Made by a program: the position numbers and the translations under genes
Shown here: in pieces, positions 40,813-50,487 of the stretch
Layout of the letters: the number at the start of each line of letters is the position of its first letter
How positions within the stretch are numbered: the stretch's first letter is position 1
Origin: a virus
IMG/VR virus record: IMGVR_UViG_3300037358_000003
Location: 37,773-101,772 of that record
DNA: 64,000 nt
Strand: one strand, 5' to 3'
The notes under the pieces: model-generated
The model's database searches: none
Told to the model about the DNA's origin: nothing
Seen by the model: only the letters and a program-made list of their open reading frames with translations

Positions 40813-41339
40813 TGGTCACCCTTGAACCACCCAAATTGCACGGCAGTTCTCCGCCGATGATCATTAGCACAACGAACATCGCACTTTTCGATCTCAGTCA
40901 TAATAGCGTCCCATCGCCAACTACCTAAAATGCCAGAAATCTTCGCACGTTTGTTAGACGGATCTCTGTGGTCAAATTCTAAAACGATTATGTCGGATTC
41001 TCCACAATCCACACATGGGTGATCATTTAGATAGTCGATGAGATGTTGACGATTTTTCGTGTACCGTCGCGCTGCGCATTTGCGATTGTCTTCGTTGCAT
41101 TTTTCACCATTGGCAACACACCAGCAATGGTGATTACAAAACCTAGTGTCATTTCTTCTGTCCGATAAGTCTGCACCGCAGGCGATACATGCATGATCAT
41201 CCGGCGGTGTGTTTCTCTTATGTTTTGACAGATACAAATTGCATTCAGCACACCTCGTGGTAACCGTGTCTATAGTACCGTCTGATTCAATGACGATACT
41301 AACGCGCGTAGAGCCACACCGCTTGCACGGTTTTCTCAT
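40809..41339 (-). CDS. HNH endonuclease
   Basis: PCVDCGE.D..VLEFDHRD...EIEKCDVRCANDHRRRT; start at ATG after SD GGAG. Confidence 0.85.
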   Translation of the reverse strand: MRKPCKRCGSTRVSIVIESDGTIDTVTTRCAECNLYLSKHKRNTPPDDHACIACGADLSDRRNDTRFCNHHCWCVANGEKCNEDNRKCAARRYTKNRQHLIDYLNDHPCVDCGESDIIVLEFDHRDPSNKRAKISGILGSWRWDAIMTEIEKCDVRCANDHRRRTAVQFGWFKGDQ

Positions 41340-41556
41340 TTGTTGCTCCAGTCTTGTTCCCTGGAGAGGGTGGGACCGCGGAGGAACAAGCTCCGCAGCC
41401 CCAGATTTCATAGACGCCTTGTTCGCGTCAGACTTTGAACCCGTTATCCCTCAGCCAATCACGCCACGCATGCCATGCGACGATCCCGCCCGCAAGGGCG
41501 AGAAGGCCGACGATGGCAAACGGGGCGAGCATAACGTCAAAGATGCTCATCGAGCA

Positions 41557-41879
41557 CTACGGCGTAACAGTGAAAACGTCAGCCGCAGCGGCGCCGGGAG
41601 TAACCGTGATGTTGACGGCAGCCGGTGAGAATGGCGTAACGCCATCAGGCTCCAGGGTCGGAGTACCGTCAGCATTGGTCACGGTAGCGGACGCATTGAA
41701 CGTACCAGCCAGAACTTCAGTGATCTTGCCAGTAGTAGCGTCAACTGTAGCGACGGCAGCGTTGTCCGATGCGTAAGCAACGGTCGCCCCATCGGGGGCA
41801 ACAGCAACATCGCCCTTGTCGTCAACGAATGAAAGTGAAAGTGTGGCCGTAGTGCTATCTACGGAAATGGATGATGCCA
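41557..41879 (-). CDS. Ig-like (Big_2-type) virion protein
   Basis: YASDNAAVATVDATTGKIT; SD AAGGAG before ATG 41879 (ORF stays in frame to 42102). Confidence 0.7.
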
Positions 41880-42341
41880 TATTGGCTCCTTGTAAAGTTA
41901 GAAGTGCGTGTGTCGCGATGGTGTGGGGTGGGTGCGGGATATGATGTTCTGTCCACCATTTACAGAATCTGGTTATCTCCCTGTCAAGTTCATCTACAAC
42001 CCCTTGTTGAACTGACTCGTCTAGGTGTTCGATGCGGTCCGTAATCTCGTCAACGCGGTTATGAACCCAGTTGACAATTGAATCACGATGTCGATCGTCC
42101 ACTACACACGCTTAACAAGAAACACGATCAGCAGAACGATGACCACGAGAACTAGAATTCCCCACAGCATCAGTGCGCCACCACTTGATGAGCGACCCAA
42201 ACAAACTGGAAAATCAGTCCGCTAGTAAGTAGCGCAAGTCCGAGCGGCAAGAGCCATGCCTTAGCTGCACCGAGTGCGATTGAAAGGAAACTAATCGCTG
42301 CCATGATGCAGAGAATGAGTGCGAGTATGTTCACGTTGCTC

Positions 42342-42689
42342 CTAAAGTTGAGGCGGGCTGGAACAATTGCCTTTGCTCAGACAACCTTCAATCCAAACTG
42401 CGAATTCTGCAAGTGTTGCGTCTGCTGCGGACAGTCCATCAATCACTTTGGCCACCTGTTGTTCTAGCGCGACCTCGTTGTTCAGTGCGGTTGAATGCTG
42501 ATGGAGTAGGGGGACAATTTCGTCATCCTTAGCAATGATTGTGTGCTGTAGTTGCGTACTAGTGTGGTGATAAATCGTCGTTTGCGCTACGTTGCCGATG
42601 AGACTAAAGAGCGCAATGATGGCCGCTATGCCGACGTAGAATTGCCTGCGTCGGTCCTTCCGAGACTCGCCTTCTGGACGCGGACTCAT
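42342..42689 (-). CDS. membrane protein (lysis-cassette-like)
   Basis: One TM followed by a helical region. Confidence 0.6.
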   Translation of the reverse strand: MSPRPEGESRKDRRRQFYVGIAAIIALFSLIGNVAQTTIYHHTSTQLQHTIIAKDDEIVPLLHQHSTALNNEVALEQQVAKVIDGLSAADATLAEFAVWIEGCLSKGNCSSPPQL

Positions 42690-43129
42690 GAGTGCTCCAT
42701 GCGTTCGTCGCGTTCTTGTACGCGTTTACGTTCCTCAACTTGCTTATCAACTTCAATTCCCACAGCCTCGGCCTGTCGTTCCATGATACCGCGAAGATTG
42801 TGACCGCCATTTCCGTCTGGCTTGATTTCCCGAAGCACCTCATTCAACATTCGTGTTGTCTGGTTTTGACCTTTGGTTAAGATATCAAGTGTTTTATCGA
42901 CTTTCGTGGTCCAGCCCTGCCTAGCCGGAGTACCCGTACGTGGATCACGATCAATATCAAAGAAAAACTCAGTTAATGTACGCTGATCAAATTCCGTGTT
43001 ACGGGCTTTGAGTTGACGCGTGCGGACCAACCCCATCACGGCTTTGCCGATTCCGAGAATGGCTGCGCCAATGACGGCTGCTGCGACATAGATGAGTAGG
43101 GTTTCAGTCCCTGCTGAAATAGCGAACAC
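42686..43129 (-). CDS. membrane protein (lysis-cassette-like)
   Basis: N-terminal TM; EIKPDGNGGHNLR motif resembling actinophage lysis-associated membrane proteins. Confidence 0.6.
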   Translation of the reverse strand: MFAISAGTETLLIYVAAAVIGAAILGIGKAVMGLVRTRQLKARNTEFDQRTLTEFFFDIDRDPRTGTPARQGWTTKVDKTLDILTKGQNQTTRMLNEVLREIKPDGNGGHNLRGIMERQAEAVGIEVDKQVEERKRVQERDERMEHS

Positions 43130-43185
43130 ATCTACCTATCCTGATTCATTTCGGTGCCGCCCTGTTGGAGTAATTTGATATTCAG

Positions 43186-43812
43186 TCAGATGGTGACAAG
43201 TTCCCCGACGCGCAATTCGTCACGCCAGGGGGTTGGTACGACCTGCTCAACTATTTCAGTCAAGCCTTTTTTCCTGATTAAAATGCAAGCACCGGAAACA
43301 TACTCATCGTTGATACACTTCTTGACCGTTTCCCATACGCGGTACGGACTCAATCGCGACCCAGGTGTATCGTCTGGATAATCTTTGATCCTCATGGGAG
43401 TTTCGACTCGACCTGGAGCAATTGCAAACGCTTCGATTTGTCCCTCGTGTGCCAGTGATTGCGTCAATGATATGACGCCAGCTTTGCTTGCCGAGTATGC
43501 AGCATGATTTGGCTTGCCATGTAGACCAGCAACACTGGCGATAAAGATCAGTTTCTCCACGCCCGCCCAAATGGACGCCTGCGCCACATTGAACGCTCCC
43601 AGGAGATTAGTGGTTATCTCCTCCTCAAACGACGCACGCTCAACTGGGCCAGGATGAGAAACACCCGCGGTCAGTATGACCGTTGTAGGGTTATACACGT
43701 CCAGTGTTTCGGCTACGGCGGTAAGACTACGAACGTCGCATTCTTCATGCGTGACCTTGATCCCTGCAAAGGGCTTGCTCATGCCACCAGCGCCGAGTGT
43801 CAGTATCGTCAC
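43186..43812 (-). CDS. short-chain dehydrogenase/reductase
   Basis: TAG, NLLG, IAS, YSASK, PGRVET. Confidence 0.88.
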   Translation of the reverse strand: MTILTLGAGGMSKPFAGIKVTHEECDVRSLTAVAETLDVYNPTTVILTAGVSHPGPVERASFEEEITTNLLGAFNVAQASIWAGVEKLIFIASVAGLHGKPNHAAYSASKAGVISLTQSLAHEGQIEAFAIAPGRVETPMRIKDYPDDTPGSRLSPYRVWETVKKCINDEYVSGACILIRKKGLTEIVEQVVPTPWRDELRVGELVTI

Positions 43813-44510
43813 AGTTCTCTCGCCACCTCGACCGCCATCTCAAACAGCTGGAGTTCAGAAGGGGTACCGAGCATGGCGCTCGGAGCGTCGTAAGTGATGA
43901 ACTCGCTACCGGACTCAATCATTTTCGCAATGACCGACGAGACGTAGTATTCACCATTGCAGCGAATATCGTTCACAAGAACTTTGACAGCGTGCTCAAC
44001 GAAGTCAGTGCCGCTGCGAAAAAAGTAGATACCCGTCATCGCTTCTGACGAGATCACAGATTTTTCGGCTATCTCTTGCACGATGCGATTGTCCGTCACC
44101 ACGTAGCTGTGATGATCCTTGGACGAACGGAAGGTTACAAACACTCCATCAAATCCATCGGCAGCGTCGATGAAATCATTCACGTCAAGCGCTGCTAGTT
44201 GATCCGCATTTCCGATGAGTAAAGGTTCATCTGTGATCAACGACTCCACGCGCAGGATCGTGTCAACTGCACCTTGAGTCGGTTCGTCCAGGTGATATGC
44301 AATGTCATTGCTTGTGAGGAGCGGCCACACGTCTTCATTGGCTAGTCGTGACACAACAATCACTCTGTGTTCTTGCGCCGGACGCAAGTTGTTGATGACC
44401 CTAGACAGCATGGGCTGACCGCACACGTCTACGAGCGGTTTGGGAAGTTCGTAGCCTGCTTCAGCGAAGCGCGTTCCTAGTCCTGCGGCGGGCACAACAA
44501 CGTTTAGCAC
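43809..44510 (-). CDS. sugar-phosphate nucleotidyltransferase
   Basis: VPAAGLGTRF...PKPL, EK..IS, GIYFF, NGEYYV, LGTP. Confidence 0.88.
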   Translation of the reverse strand: MLNVVVPAAGLGTRFAEAGYELPKPLVDVCGQPMLSRVINNLRPAQEHRVIVVSRLANEDVWPLLTSNDIAYHLDEPTQGAVDTILRVESLITDEPLLIGNADQLAALDVNDFIDAADGFDGVFVTFRSSKDHHSYVVTDNRIVQEIAEKSVISSEAMTGIYFFRSGTDFVEHAVKVLVNDIRCNGEYYVSSVIAKMIESGSEFITYDAPSAMLGTPSELQLFEMAVEVAREL

Positions 44511-45188
44511 TTACACCCTCGCCATGTTTATTTTGCGAATGTATTCTTCTGAATAATGCGAGTCGTGCGAATAGTGTGTACCTTGCAGACTGTCCGTAAC
44601 GGAGTAGTCAAGCGCCTCTAGACAGATTCCTGCGACCCGTTCCAATCCGCAATGCTCAAACGCATCGTAAATCTGCGTGTCGTAATAACCAATCGCTAGC
44701 AGGCGGTCTATGACCGAGCGTTGCGCAAACATCGCTGGGCCAAGAATGCCATGATACGAAGTTGGGAACGGTATGCCCATGCGGTGTAGTTGTTGATTGC
44801 CCCACACGCTGAGGTGAACCGAGTTTCGATCCCAGCCCCAATCGTGTTCGCTATTGCTCCAGTGACGAATGGTGGTGAGTGGTTGCGATTCTAGGTGGTC
44901 AAGATTCGCAGTAACGATCAGGCTGTCAAAGATGAGTGCGTAGTGTTCGGCGTTCGGGAACCCACGAACAGCGAACGCAAATGCTCCGTGTGCATATCCA
45001 TGATTGCCAATGTCAGCAACGATGCAACCGCGGTCACGGCACCATTTCAGGTAGCTCTTGTCGTCACTATCGCTATCGACTACGACAATCGGTGGATTGT
45101 CATGATGATGCTGAATGGCGGTTACTGCCTCGTAAATGACTGGGCGGGACTTGTCAAACTTGCAGGGGATCACGAACAACATATTCAC
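44511..45188 (-). CDS. glycosyltransferase-like protein
   Basis: FVIPC, VVVDSDS, GLER. Confidence 0.65.
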   Translation of the reverse strand: MNMLFVIPCKFDKSRPVIYEAVTAIQHHHDNPPIVVVDSDSDDKSYLKWCRDRGCIVADIGNHGYAHGAFAFAVRGFPNAEHYALIFDSLIVTANLDHLESQPLTTIRHWSNSEHDWGWDRNSVHLSVWGNQQLHRMGIPFPTSYHGILGPAMFAQRSVIDRLLAIGYYDTQIYDAFEHCGLERVAGICLEALDYSVTDSLQGTHYSHDSHYSEEYIRKINMARV

Positions 45189-45386
45189 CGCCGCAACTGA
45201 GGCAAACGTGTATTTCCTTGCAAAACCATCGACCGTCAGTTATCTGAACATTGGCCCAAACGTGATACATCTCCACCATCGGTTCAGCACACTTAATGCA
45301 GGTTGCTTGGCGATAGGTAATGGGTGAGTGCGATGCTTCAGGTTCCCATTTCTCGATAAGACGCACGATCTCAGAATACGGAATGC

Positions 45387-45956
45387 TTATGGTTTCGCTG
45401 GCCACAATCCCACCACTCTAGCGTTGTCCGGCACAAACGATTGCGGCAAGACGATTGCGCCAGCGCCAATGGTGACGCCGTTGCCGATCTTGACTCGATC
45501 GCAAATCGTCGCGTTCGCACCGATCAAACAATCGCTACCGATCTCAACATCGCCAGCAATGACAGCACCTGGACACACGGTAGTGAAGTCACTAATCGTG
45601 CAGCGCGTCATGCTCACGGCGTAATTGATATGAACGTCTCGACCGAGCGTTACGGAATGCAACAACACGGTGCCGGGTGCGATGACGCAGCCGGGTCCAG
45701 CAGTAACCGACGCGCCACAAATGGCCGATGGGTCGATCAGTGCCGACGCTCCCTCTAGTATGCACATCTCAGCGATTCGTCTGCGTTCAGATGGCTTGTT
45801 GATACCGATGATGACAGTACCAGTCCACGGCATCGCTTGACTGATATTGGCATCATAGAGTGCAAGTTCTTCGTCGGGATGAACGCGCTGCCAAATTGAT
45901 AAAATATCTTTTCCGTGAGATCCTGCGGCGCAAAGTAAGTTTGTCACGTATGCCAA
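45387..45956 (-). CDS. hexapeptide-repeat sugar acetyltransferase (PglD/NeuD-like)
   Basis: Left-handed beta-helix repeats IG..C.IGANA.I. Confidence 0.88.
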   Translation of the reverse strand: MAYVTNLLCAAGSHGKDILSIWQRVHPDEELALYDANISQAMPWTGTVIIGINKPSERRRIAEMCILEGASALIDPSAICGASVTAGPGCVIAPGTVLLHSVTLGRDVHINYAVSMTRCTISDFTTVCPGAVIAGDVEIGSDCLIGANATICDRVKIGNGVTIGAGAIVLPQSFVPDNARVVGLWPAKP

Positions 45957-46600
45957 CCTTGTGCGCGATTATTGCCGATGTGAAGCACTCTCGGATCGTC
46001 GTTAATGTTGCCAAATATTCCGAAGTGGAAATTGTAGAAGTTCAGCGTGTCGGTGATGCCACGCTCTAGTCCGTCACCGGGTTCGGCCAGACACAACTGT
46101 GTTACGTCAATTGGCACAAGCATCGGGTTAAACGTGAACAAGCGATGCGTGCTGACATAACCATCACGCTGTGTGTACTCATCGGCATACTGCTGCATGT
46201 AACCACCGACCGCAGATTCCTCAGCGTTAACCGGCTGACGGTAAAGTGCGATCTGCGCGAGCAGTGGGTCGTTGTCGAGAATACCAACCATGTCGTGCAG
46301 TGGAATCTCGCATTGAGCGACCATATCGCCCTCCCAGTGCAGCACGTAGTCTGCGTTCATGTCCCACGCGGTTTCCCACGCCGACCTGACTGCGCCAGCT
46401 AGACCTCTGCGGGTTTCGTGGTGAACTTGCTTGTCAAACTGCGGGTACTGCACGCGCATTTGTTCCGCGTAATGGGGATCGCCGGAATCGTTTATTAGCA
46501 CCATTTCGTCAATGAGAAAAACGTGTTTCTCTAGTGAGGCGACAGCGTGGCGGAGGTAGTCTGGTCTGCCGTCATCCAGTACAACGCACACAATGCTCAT
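45944..46600 (-). CDS. glycosyltransferase
   Basis: GRPDYL, INDSGD, DYVLHWEGD, FTFNP. Confidence 0.82.
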   Translation of the reverse strand: MSIVCVVLDDGRPDYLRHAVASLEKHVFLIDEMVLINDSGDPHYAEQMRVQYPQFDKQVHHETRRGLAGAVRSAWETAWDMNADYVLHWEGDMVAQCEIPLHDMVGILDNDPLLAQIALYRQPVNAEESAVGGYMQQYADEYTQRDGYVSTHRLFTFNPMLVPIDVTQLCLAEPGDGLERGITDTLNFYNFHFGIFGNINDDPRVLHIGNNRAQGWHT

Positions 46601-47271
46601 CTGTTGCCCCAGATCGCGTTCATGGTCGCCACGTTTTGTCCAGCATACATCCAACGCTCAGGGCCGCTTACCGACTCATAGTGAACGATGGTTGATTCGG
46701 CCACATATTTGCAAACGTAGCCAGCCTCATTGACGGACATGCACAACGCACAATCTTCGTAACCATTGCGAAAGGATAAATCAAATCCACCAACAGCGTT
46801 GAACACACTCCGACGAATCACAAGGCAAGCCCCAGTAACGCCGTCAACAATACGTGTCGGCAACTCCTGCTTGATTTCCTCACCGCCAGCGGAACCGTTG
46901 CCGTGCCACAATCGCACCCCGCTAGTTTGCAAATCTCCCGCTGGGTGAACGATGCGAGGCCCGGCGATTGCAACTTGTGGATCATCAAATGCGGCGATCA
47001 GTGGTGGTAGCCAATTAGGTTGTGGAATCGTGTCTTGATTAAGGAAACAGATCAGGTCTGCGTGAGATAAAGACGCACCTTCGTTGGACGCAGCACCGAA
47101 GCCGAGATTAGTGGTGTTACGAACAACTGCATCAGCAGCCACATCCCAGTCTTCGCCATTGAGCACTAGGATTATTTCTATGCCCTCTGTGTTTGCGTGT
47201 AGGGCGCCCAAACACTCATCTAGGTACTTCCTGTCACCGTAACAGGGGATGACCACAGATGCATGCATCAC
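46597..47271 (-). CDS. glycosyltransferase family 2
   Basis: SVVIP, NLGFG.A.N.G, FLNQD, GACL, GGFD, YED. Confidence 0.92.
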   Translation of the reverse strand: MMHASVVIPCYGDRKYLDECLGALHANTEGIEIILVLNGEDWDVAADAVVRNTTNLGFGAASNEGASLSHADLICFLNQDTIPQPNWLPPLIAAFDDPQVAIAGPRIVHPAGDLQTSGVRLWHGNGSAGGEEIKQELPTRIVDGVTGACLVIRRSVFNAVGGFDLSFRNGYEDCALCMSVNEAGYVCKYVAESTIVHYESVSGPERWMYAGQNVATMNAIWGNR

Positions 47272-47984
47272 GGATGCAACACTAGCCGACTCGGAATCGG
47301 ATCGTGCACGGTCGGCACGTTAATGAGTTCGCCCCATTCTTTGCGTAATTGCTCATCTTCAAAATCTCTAAGCCGCTGGTAATGTGCAACATCACCACGC
47401 GCACGATCAGCGTCAGACAGCGCACCGAGCCACAAATCGCGCTTGGCGACATAATGCGAAAAGTCCCGGTACTGCCACTCCCGAATCGCCAGCACGCCAC
47501 CAACACCACCTGAAATACTCACGTCGTGTTGACCCATAGTCAGTAGCGCAGTGGGATTCCATCTGTAGCAAGTTTTGTGCCAAAATTTTGGAGCGATAAC
47601 GCGCGTGTTCCAGTTGTGATGCACGAATGCCTGAAGATACAATTTGTTGTGCGGACAGTCTGCCAACGCTTCAACAACAGTGCGACCGTCTAGTGAGTAC
47701 AGAAACTCGTCGGCGTCGAAGGGTGCGATCCACTCCGCGCCATCAATGCCTGCGTGAGTAGCGAGTCCATTCATCACTGCCGCTTGATGGAATATGGGAT
47801 TGGCGTCGTGCCGCACGTCCAACTGCCCAGTCTCCGCAGCCAGCGTTTCAACGATCTGTGCGGTGCCATCAGTAGACGGCCCAACGCTCACGTAGATGCG
47901 ATCTAGTCCCTCGCAAAGGTGGTGGCGCAACACGGTTTCAATTATTTGCGCCTCATCCCTACACGCAATAATGCCCGCAATCAC
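47268..47984 (-). CDS. glycosyltransferase family 2-like
   Basis: RDEAQII..HHL, STDGT, W..FDADEF. Confidence 0.85.
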   Translation of the reverse strand: MIAGIIACRDEAQIIETVLRHHLCEGLDRIYVSVGPSTDGTAQIVETLAAETGQLDVRHDANPIFHQAAVMNGLATHAGIDGAEWIAPFDADEFLYSLDGRTVVEALADCPHNKLYLQAFVHHNWNTRVIAPKFWHKTCYRWNPTALLTMGQHDVSISGGVGGVLAIREWQYRDFSHYVAKRDLWLGALSDADRARGDVAHYQRLRDFEDEQLRKEWGELINVPTVHDPIPSRLVLHP

Positions 47985-48154
47985 GCACGCAACTCCCGCA
48001 AGTGACGCTCACACAATCCGAGTTCGTTGGCAACGGGCGAGTAGCAGCGGGTCGGCTCACCATACCAACATTGAGTGCTCGGCATGACCCACGCGTTATT
48101 GCAAGCGGGTGCGGCGATAGGAAGACCGTAGGGGCGGTCAATGATTGCAACCAT
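47981..48154 (-). CDS. small Cys/His protein (57 aa)
   Basis: TAATG coupling to the Pup-like gene; QCW..C..PV.N.LGLC.RHL shared with the ORF at 17521-17688. Confidence 0.6.
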   Translation of the reverse strand: MVAIIDRPYGLPIAAPACNNAWVMPSTQCWYGEPTRCYSPVANELGLCERHLRELRA

Positions 48155-48300
48155 TACTCTCCACCCCTTTCATCATCCAACACTGCGTCGATCTCGTCAA
48201 TGAGTGAATCGAACTTGGCTCGGAGCTTGGCGGCGTCTACGTGGTTCGGTTTCTTCGCAGCGGCATCATCACGCTGTTGCTTGCGGGTTTGATGTTCCAT
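48154..48300 (-). CDS. pup: Pup-like (prokaryotic ubiquitin-like) protein, 48 aa
   Basis: MEHQTRKQQRDDAAAKKPNHVDAAKLRAKFDSLIDEIDAVLDDERGGE*; Pup helix motif D.L.DEID.VL plus C-terminal GGE; SD-like GGGGGGA upstream. Confidence 0.78.
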   Translation of the reverse strand: MEHQTRKQQRDDAAAKKPNHVDAAKLRAKFDSLIDEIDAVLDDERGGE

Positions 48301-48740
48301 ATCGTCCCCCCGAATGTGGACGCCTTCTCCACAAAACCAACGCTCAGCATTTGGAAATGCGGAGCGAGGATGGCACCGACATCAGCGGAACTGCCCCTCG
48401 TGTGTCCCAAATGCGGACCACAAGGAGAAATGAACGTGACGCTTAACTCGATACCTGGAGGTTGAATCCAGGCACGTCGATCACGCTGCCCATCGGTGGG
48501 GTCTGAATGGTGAGCACTAGATCATCGCTGGTCCATTCCTGAATTCCCCGGCCACAAGATGTGGGGGTGGGTGCGTTAGGTGAAGAGTCCCTAAATCTTT
48601 TGAACAGGTTCATTTTTTACCTCTATTCACTTGACACGCTCGGAATGAGCGCATAATGGATACTTGGATTATATCGTACTTGACAATTTGCTAAAGCGGG
48701 TGTGCTCTACTTATGGTGGAGAAGATACGTTCTCATGCGG

Positions 48741-49604
48741 CTAGGCTTTCGCAACCCATCCAGACCACGCACCGTTTGCTGGCTGCGTATTGACCATGAG
48801 CGATTCGTTGGATGCGCCCTGCTCGCACTCGACCACAAGCTCGCTAGCTTCGTTGACGTAGAGGATCGGGTTGCCAACGAAACCGCCAGCAAGCGGCAAT
48901 CCTTCGCTGCCCCACGGAGCGCCAGGAGTCTGGGCTTGGTAGAAGTGCCAGATCAGCCCACTTGCGTTGCGCTGGATTTGGTGGTTGGTAGCGTTGAAGC
49001 TCACCAGTTCGGTGATCATAGTGTCCTCCTGGGAGCATGGGCGTGGGTATTGGCCGAAGTCGGATTTCAGTAATAGGTCAAGGTCTGTGTCGGGTAGCGG
49101 TGGCGTGTGCGTGGACTGCTGGATATGTGAGCCAGACCACGTGGTTGCGTTGCCGGGGAAGCTGGTGGACTCGGATTGCCAGTGGAATGCGGTCAGTCCC
49201 TCGCTCGCTAGCAACTCACTCAGTGCGCCTTCGCCGTAGTCGCCATTTGTTGCGGCGGGGCGCACTGATGCGATGCCCTGGAAGTAGGGGACTGCTGTGG
49301 ATGGTGTGGGTAGGTCTTCGTCTGCGGCGAAATAAACGGGCTGTGATATAGGGAGTGAGAGTGCGGTAAGTGCTGCGTTTGCCTGTTGTGCGTGGGATGC
49401 GCCACCGCTGTAACCGCTGGACGTGTCGGTGGCTACGTCTTCAAAGACGAACCATACGTTGATGCCGCGCGATGTGAGATCAGCAAGCTCTGACGCGCTG
49501 ATCGCTTTGCCAGCGCCGGTTAAGTAGCGACCGACTGCGGTAACGCCAGCTGTGTTGAGTTGGGTGCCCGTATAGCGGGCGTCGGAGTAGTCGATTGCGG
49601 TCAC
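48741..49604 (-). CDS. DUF1906 (Rv2525c-like) glycoside hydrolase, candidate endolysin
   Basis: AIDYS, VGRYL..K.I...E, FVFE, PVYFAAD, WQS, D.D...DFGQ. Confidence 0.85.
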   Translation of the reverse strand: MTAIDYSDARYTGTQLNTAGVTAVGRYLTGAGKAISASELADLTSRGINVWFVFEDVATDTSSGYSGGASHAQQANAALTALSLPISQPVYFAADEDLPTPSTAVPYFQGIASVRPAATNGDYGEGALSELLASEGLTAFHWQSESTSFPGNATTWSGSHIQQSTHTPPLPDTDLDLLLKSDFGQYPRPCSQEDTMITELVSFNATNHQIQRNASGLIWHFYQAQTPGAPWGSEGLPLAGGFVGNPILYVNEASELVVECEQGASNESLMVNTQPANGAWSGWVAKA

Positions 49605-50129
49605 TTAGACTGGACACCACATTCCCGTTGCGGATTCGGTGATCGTGCCCTGCGTGCTCACCAGTGCGTAATAGTTGCTCGGCACGTACAGTGGGATTGC
49701 GGTAACGCCAGTGAGCGAGTCAGACTGCACGTAGGGATTGACTGGCGGCGTGGAGACCGAACTGACACCTGCGAGGATCGTGGCGCTAGTAGCTGCGGTG
49801 ACCTTGACGAACACGACGAGTTGTGCGTCATAACCAAGCGTGTTCTGTAGTGGAGTCCCGAGCGTGACTGCGACAGATGCAGATGCGGGTGGTGCTGTGA
49901 TGAGTGTCGCTGATGTGGCTGCACCAGTGACAGTGACAGATGATCCGACAAGTGCGGTGGAGGTGTTGTCGGGCGCGCCACACTCTAGGAACGCGGTACC
50001 GGGCTGGTTGGCTGAGCCGCGAGATGTGCAAAGCCATTCGACACCATTGCTGTCGATACAGGACTGGCCGACTTCCCATACTTCAAATCCGTCAGGAGGA
50101 CCAGGGTGCTTTAGGTAGTGTGTTGGCAT
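49605..50129 (-). CDS. virion structural protein
   Basis: C-terminus similar to that of the 36878-38503 protein. Confidence 0.6.
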   Translation of the reverse strand: MPTHYLKHPGPPDGFEVWEVGQSCIDSNGVEWLCTSRGSANQPGTAFLECGAPDNTSTALVGSSVTVTGAATSATLITAPPASASVAVTLGTPLQNTLGYDAQLVVFVKVTAATSATILAGVSSVSTPPVNPYVQSDSLTGVTAIPLYVPSNYYALVSTQGTITESATGMWCPV

Positions 50130-50138
50130 TATGATCCT

Positions 50139-50480
50139 TTAGGAAGTAGAATGGACGCCTTGGATTTCGACCATGTAGGACGGAGATCCGGTCGAGACAA
50201 CCTGAACAATGGCACCGAATTGGAGCGCAGCGCGTGCATTCGTAGAGCTACCGGCTGCGGCTGCGGTGACGTAACATTCGCCACCAGTGCTAGTGGTGCC
50301 GTTTGTAGTTGGAACCGGGCACGATCCGCCTTGATGGCTGACGGTCCAGAATAGTGGAGCGCTTCCTGAGATGTTCGTGACCTTGACCGCGAAACCAGCG
50401 GCAGAGAGGACCACAAGGTCAGCACCAACGGATGCTGACGATGCAACGTATGCGACGTGACCGCCGTTGTATGATGCCAT
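50139..50480 (-). CDS. hypothetical virion protein
   Basis: Beta-rich ORF with SD in the late operon. Confidence 0.6.
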   Translation of the reverse strand: MASYNGGHVAYVASSASVGADLVVLSAAGFAVKVTNISGSAPLFWTVSHQGGSCPVPTTNGTTSTGGECYVTAAAAGSSTNARAALQFGAIVQVVSTGSPSYMVEIQGVHSTS

Positions 50481-50487
50481 GTGGCTC

